A stretch of 64,000 bases of DNA from a virus. Taxonomy: Duplodnaviria; Caudoviricetes. The notes under the pieces were generated by a model. It worked only from the letters and a program-made list of their open reading frames with translations, searched no databases and was not told the origin of the DNA. Shown here piece after piece: positions 61,929 to 64,000 of the stretch. How positions within the stretch are numbered: the stretch's first letter is position 1; every line of letters starts with the position of its first letter. The stretch is from IMG/VR virus record IMGVR_UViG_3300006467_000134, positions 1-64,000 of that record. The stretch is one strand, 5' to 3'. Position numbers and translations under genes: made by a program.

Positions 61929-63463
61929 AGGTCGTACCTCGGATTACGAAAGTCTTTACAGAAGACTTTAACGTCGGCATATTTTTGAAGATCGTATCGT
62001 GGGACAAACATGTTAAATGTTGTCTGAAGTGGTTCGGCTGGATCATCCCAATCTTGAACATTGTTGTAAACCAAAACTACCCAAGAGAATCTACTGGCTT
62101 GCTTTAGGATCCTCCGACGCTCGTCACTTGGCTTACTGCGAAAATCAGTAAGTACCAGAACTTCTCCTGTAACTGAGCCTAGTTGTTTGGTTTGAGTTAC
62201 TGAGTAGTCTTGTACTTTCAGAGCCTCAGTTAAAGGACCGGTATCGTAACAAACAATGCCTTTTCCTAATTCAAGAATCTGATTCGCCGGTGCAACAGAG
62301 TTATCTAGTGTCCTGATTGACTGTACTGACCCTTTTACAAAGCCATTTACATCTTTCTCGATGAAGCTTAACCATTTAGGACCCACGCTCTCAATGCGAA
62401 AACGTCTGTCGTTCCATAAAGGGGTTCTGGTTCTTTGTAGATGCTGAACCATAGTGTACATACGATTAAGAGTTTCCTCGACACTGACGATCTGGTAGTA
62501 GGAGTTGTGCCGATAGGATAGATGATCGATTGGAACAAACGTTCCTTGTGGATCAATCTCCATGAAGACTCCAAGTGCTGGTACTACCTGAGGTAGTCCT
62601 ATCAATCGAGACTCCAAATAGGAAACACCAAACCCTTCCCCTGCGGTAAGATTTAAGGTTGCATCACTTAATTTGTAGAGCTCAATCAAATCCTCTTTAG
62701 GGAGACTCTGAGGAATCAAAGTAAACTTGTCTTCTACTCCAAAAGTCTTAACCGCCCGAGAAACATTAAACGAGTCTGGAGTGACTCGATCATGACATCT
62801 TCCAAGGTAACGAACATTATCGTAACCTAAACCAGCGAGAGCTTGAAGAGCTAGATCCCAATGTTTCCGCCAGTAGTTGGCATTTACATTCACAAAAATA
62901 TAGTCTTCCGGACGAAGATCTACCTTTAATTTGTCAGACCACTTTTCACGCAGCTCAGCTACTTCGTTGTGGTCATACTTAGTGAAGGCAAACTCAGGAT
63001 CAGCCATGTGATAGGCAACCCGGTTTGTTGGAAAGATATCCTTCCAAAGATCCGCGGCAAACTTGCTCATGTGGATCACGGAATTGGGTCGAAGAGACTT
63101 TCCATAGGTATTTGCATATTGGCTGTAGTTATCAGTTGAAACTCCCTCAAACGCCCACCAATAGTACACAGGGCAATTGTGCATTACTTCATTCATTTCA
63201 AACAACTTAACCGTTGTCCAGCTACCAGCCAACACAATTACTGCATCTGGTTGTAGGTTTCGAATCTCCGATTCAACCTCGAATGAGTCATTGATATCAT
63301 TTAGTAGGGTAATATCGTATCCCTCTCGCCCACAATTACCAAGATTATAGGTAAGGTAATGACATTGGTGTCCTTGGGAAACAAAATAATCCCCAAGCAG
63401 CTGGGCCTGATGACCGAAGCCGGTGGGGATCTTTGGGCTGTCTGAAACAAATACAATCTTCAT
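61925..63463 (-). CDS. GT-B (GT4-like) glycosyltransferase with extra C-terminal domain
   Basis: VSDSP..PTGFG, N.WRK, GEGFG...LE....GLP. Confidence 0.85.
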   Translation of the reverse strand: MKIVFVSDSPKIPTGFGHQAQLLGDYFVSQGHQCHYLTYNLGNCGREGYDITLLNDINDSFEVESEIRNLQPDAVIVLAGSWTTVKLFEMNEVMHNCPVYYWWAFEGVSTDNYSQYANTYGKSLRPNSVIHMSKFAADLWKDIFPTNRVAYHMADPEFAFTKYDHNEVAELREKWSDKLKVDLRPEDYIFVNVNANYWRKHWDLALQALAGLGYDNVRYLGRCHDRVTPDSFNVSRAVKTFGVEDKFTLIPQSLPKEDLIELYKLSDATLNLTAGEGFGVSYLESRLIGLPQVVPALGVFMEIDPQGTFVPIDHLSYRHNSYYQIVSVEETLNRMYTMVQHLQRTRTPLWNDRRFRIESVGPKWLSFIEKDVNGFVKGSVQSIRTLDNSVAPANQILELGKGIVCYDTGPLTEALKVQDYSVTQTKQLGSVTGEVLVLTDFRSKPSDERRRILKQASRFSWVVLVYNNVQDWDDPAEPLQTTFNMFVPRYDLQKYADVKVFCKDFRNPRYDL

Positions 63464-63467
63464 GTTT

Positions 63468-63695
63468 TTACCAACGGTTGTCTGGGCAGGATTCGCTTTT
63501 CAAAGTAGTCTTTTCCGGAAGGTAGCACCAACATTCACCACATCGGTCTTCTACACGTAGATCACATGCTGAGCATTTTGCCAGGCGGCTGGCTTGTTCA
63601 GGAACAGTTGCTCGTTCATATCCCGACTGCATTGCTCTCCATTGAGCTTTCAAACATCGGAAGGGTCCAATAAAGATGAAGGATAACCAGCTCAT
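63468..63695 (-). CDS. Cys-rich small protein
   Basis: RL..C..C....C..C.C...K......CP...W. Confidence 0.65.
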   Translation of the reverse strand: MSWLSFIFIGPFRCLKAQWRAMQSGYERATVPEQASRLAKCSACDLRVEDRCGECWCYLPEKTTLKSESCPDNRW

Positions 63696-64000
63696 TTAGG
63701 CAGACTCCCTTTTGGGGTACAGTCCTCACATGAATCACAAATGCGAAGATCCTTGTCATTTGGTGGTGCGTGTGTAGCACATCGAAGCTGATATAGTGCA
63801 CAGTCATAGACGTATTCTCTGTAGCGAGATCCACCACAAGTACAGCCTTTTCCATTAGGCCTATAGCGTGATGGATCTTTTTTGCTACGATAAATACAAG
63901 AGTTGATCTCTTTATCTGTAAAACCGTTTGGGTTCTCTTTACTCATTCTTGTTCCTATATCCGAGTTTGTAGAGAATTTCGGCCAGCACTTTGCCGGCAT
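63692..64000 (-). CDS. Cys-rich protein, possibly 5'-truncated
   Basis: Multiple Cys; reaches window edge. Confidence 0.55.
   Translation of the reverse strand: MPAKCWPKFSTNSDIGTRMSKENPNGFTDKEINSCIYRSKKDPSRYRPNGKGCTCGGSRYREYVYDCALYQLRCATHAPPNDKDLRICDSCEDCTPKGSLPK

Noticed and set aside
1-64000. Stop-codon reassignment
   Set aside because: Conserved genes are full length in code 11, all three stops are used and no suppressor tRNA was seen

Overview
64 kb of a large lytic dsDNA tailed phage. The host is possibly a planctomycete (weak inference). Layout: (1) 1-17313, a + strand arm of nucleotide and RNA metabolism genes (exonuclease, GNAT, dNMP kinase, ThyA, Rnl2-type RNA ligase, 5'-nucleotidase, Ntn protease, a minimal class II aaRS-like enzyme plus a MazG-like protein) and many small accessory genes, including an attC-like cassette segment. 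(2) About 17340-21400, a compositionally distinct island saturated with a GG(A/C)TCC(C/T)A motif, with tandem arrays and strong sigma70-type promoters, possibly the terminal or first-injected region. (3) 21654-38104, a - strand arm of small genes with three clusters of non-coding RNA: two canonical tRNAs (Thr, Glu) and a set of aberrant tRNA-like RNAs. (4) 38311-39424, a short + strand island. (5) 39652-64000, a - strand block for NAD recovery (NARP1-like pair), recombination and replication, followed by a homing endonuclease, a probable tail protein and a glycosyltransferase. The best candidate for a new system is a helical protein gene (24440-25174) followed by an RNA with two circularly permuted tRNA modules, an anticodon-less tRNA, and a tRNA-like RNA that can pair in several segments with another structured RNA encoded 5 kb upstream. 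All calls come from reading motifs and folding by eye. No searches were run, and DUF names are from memory.
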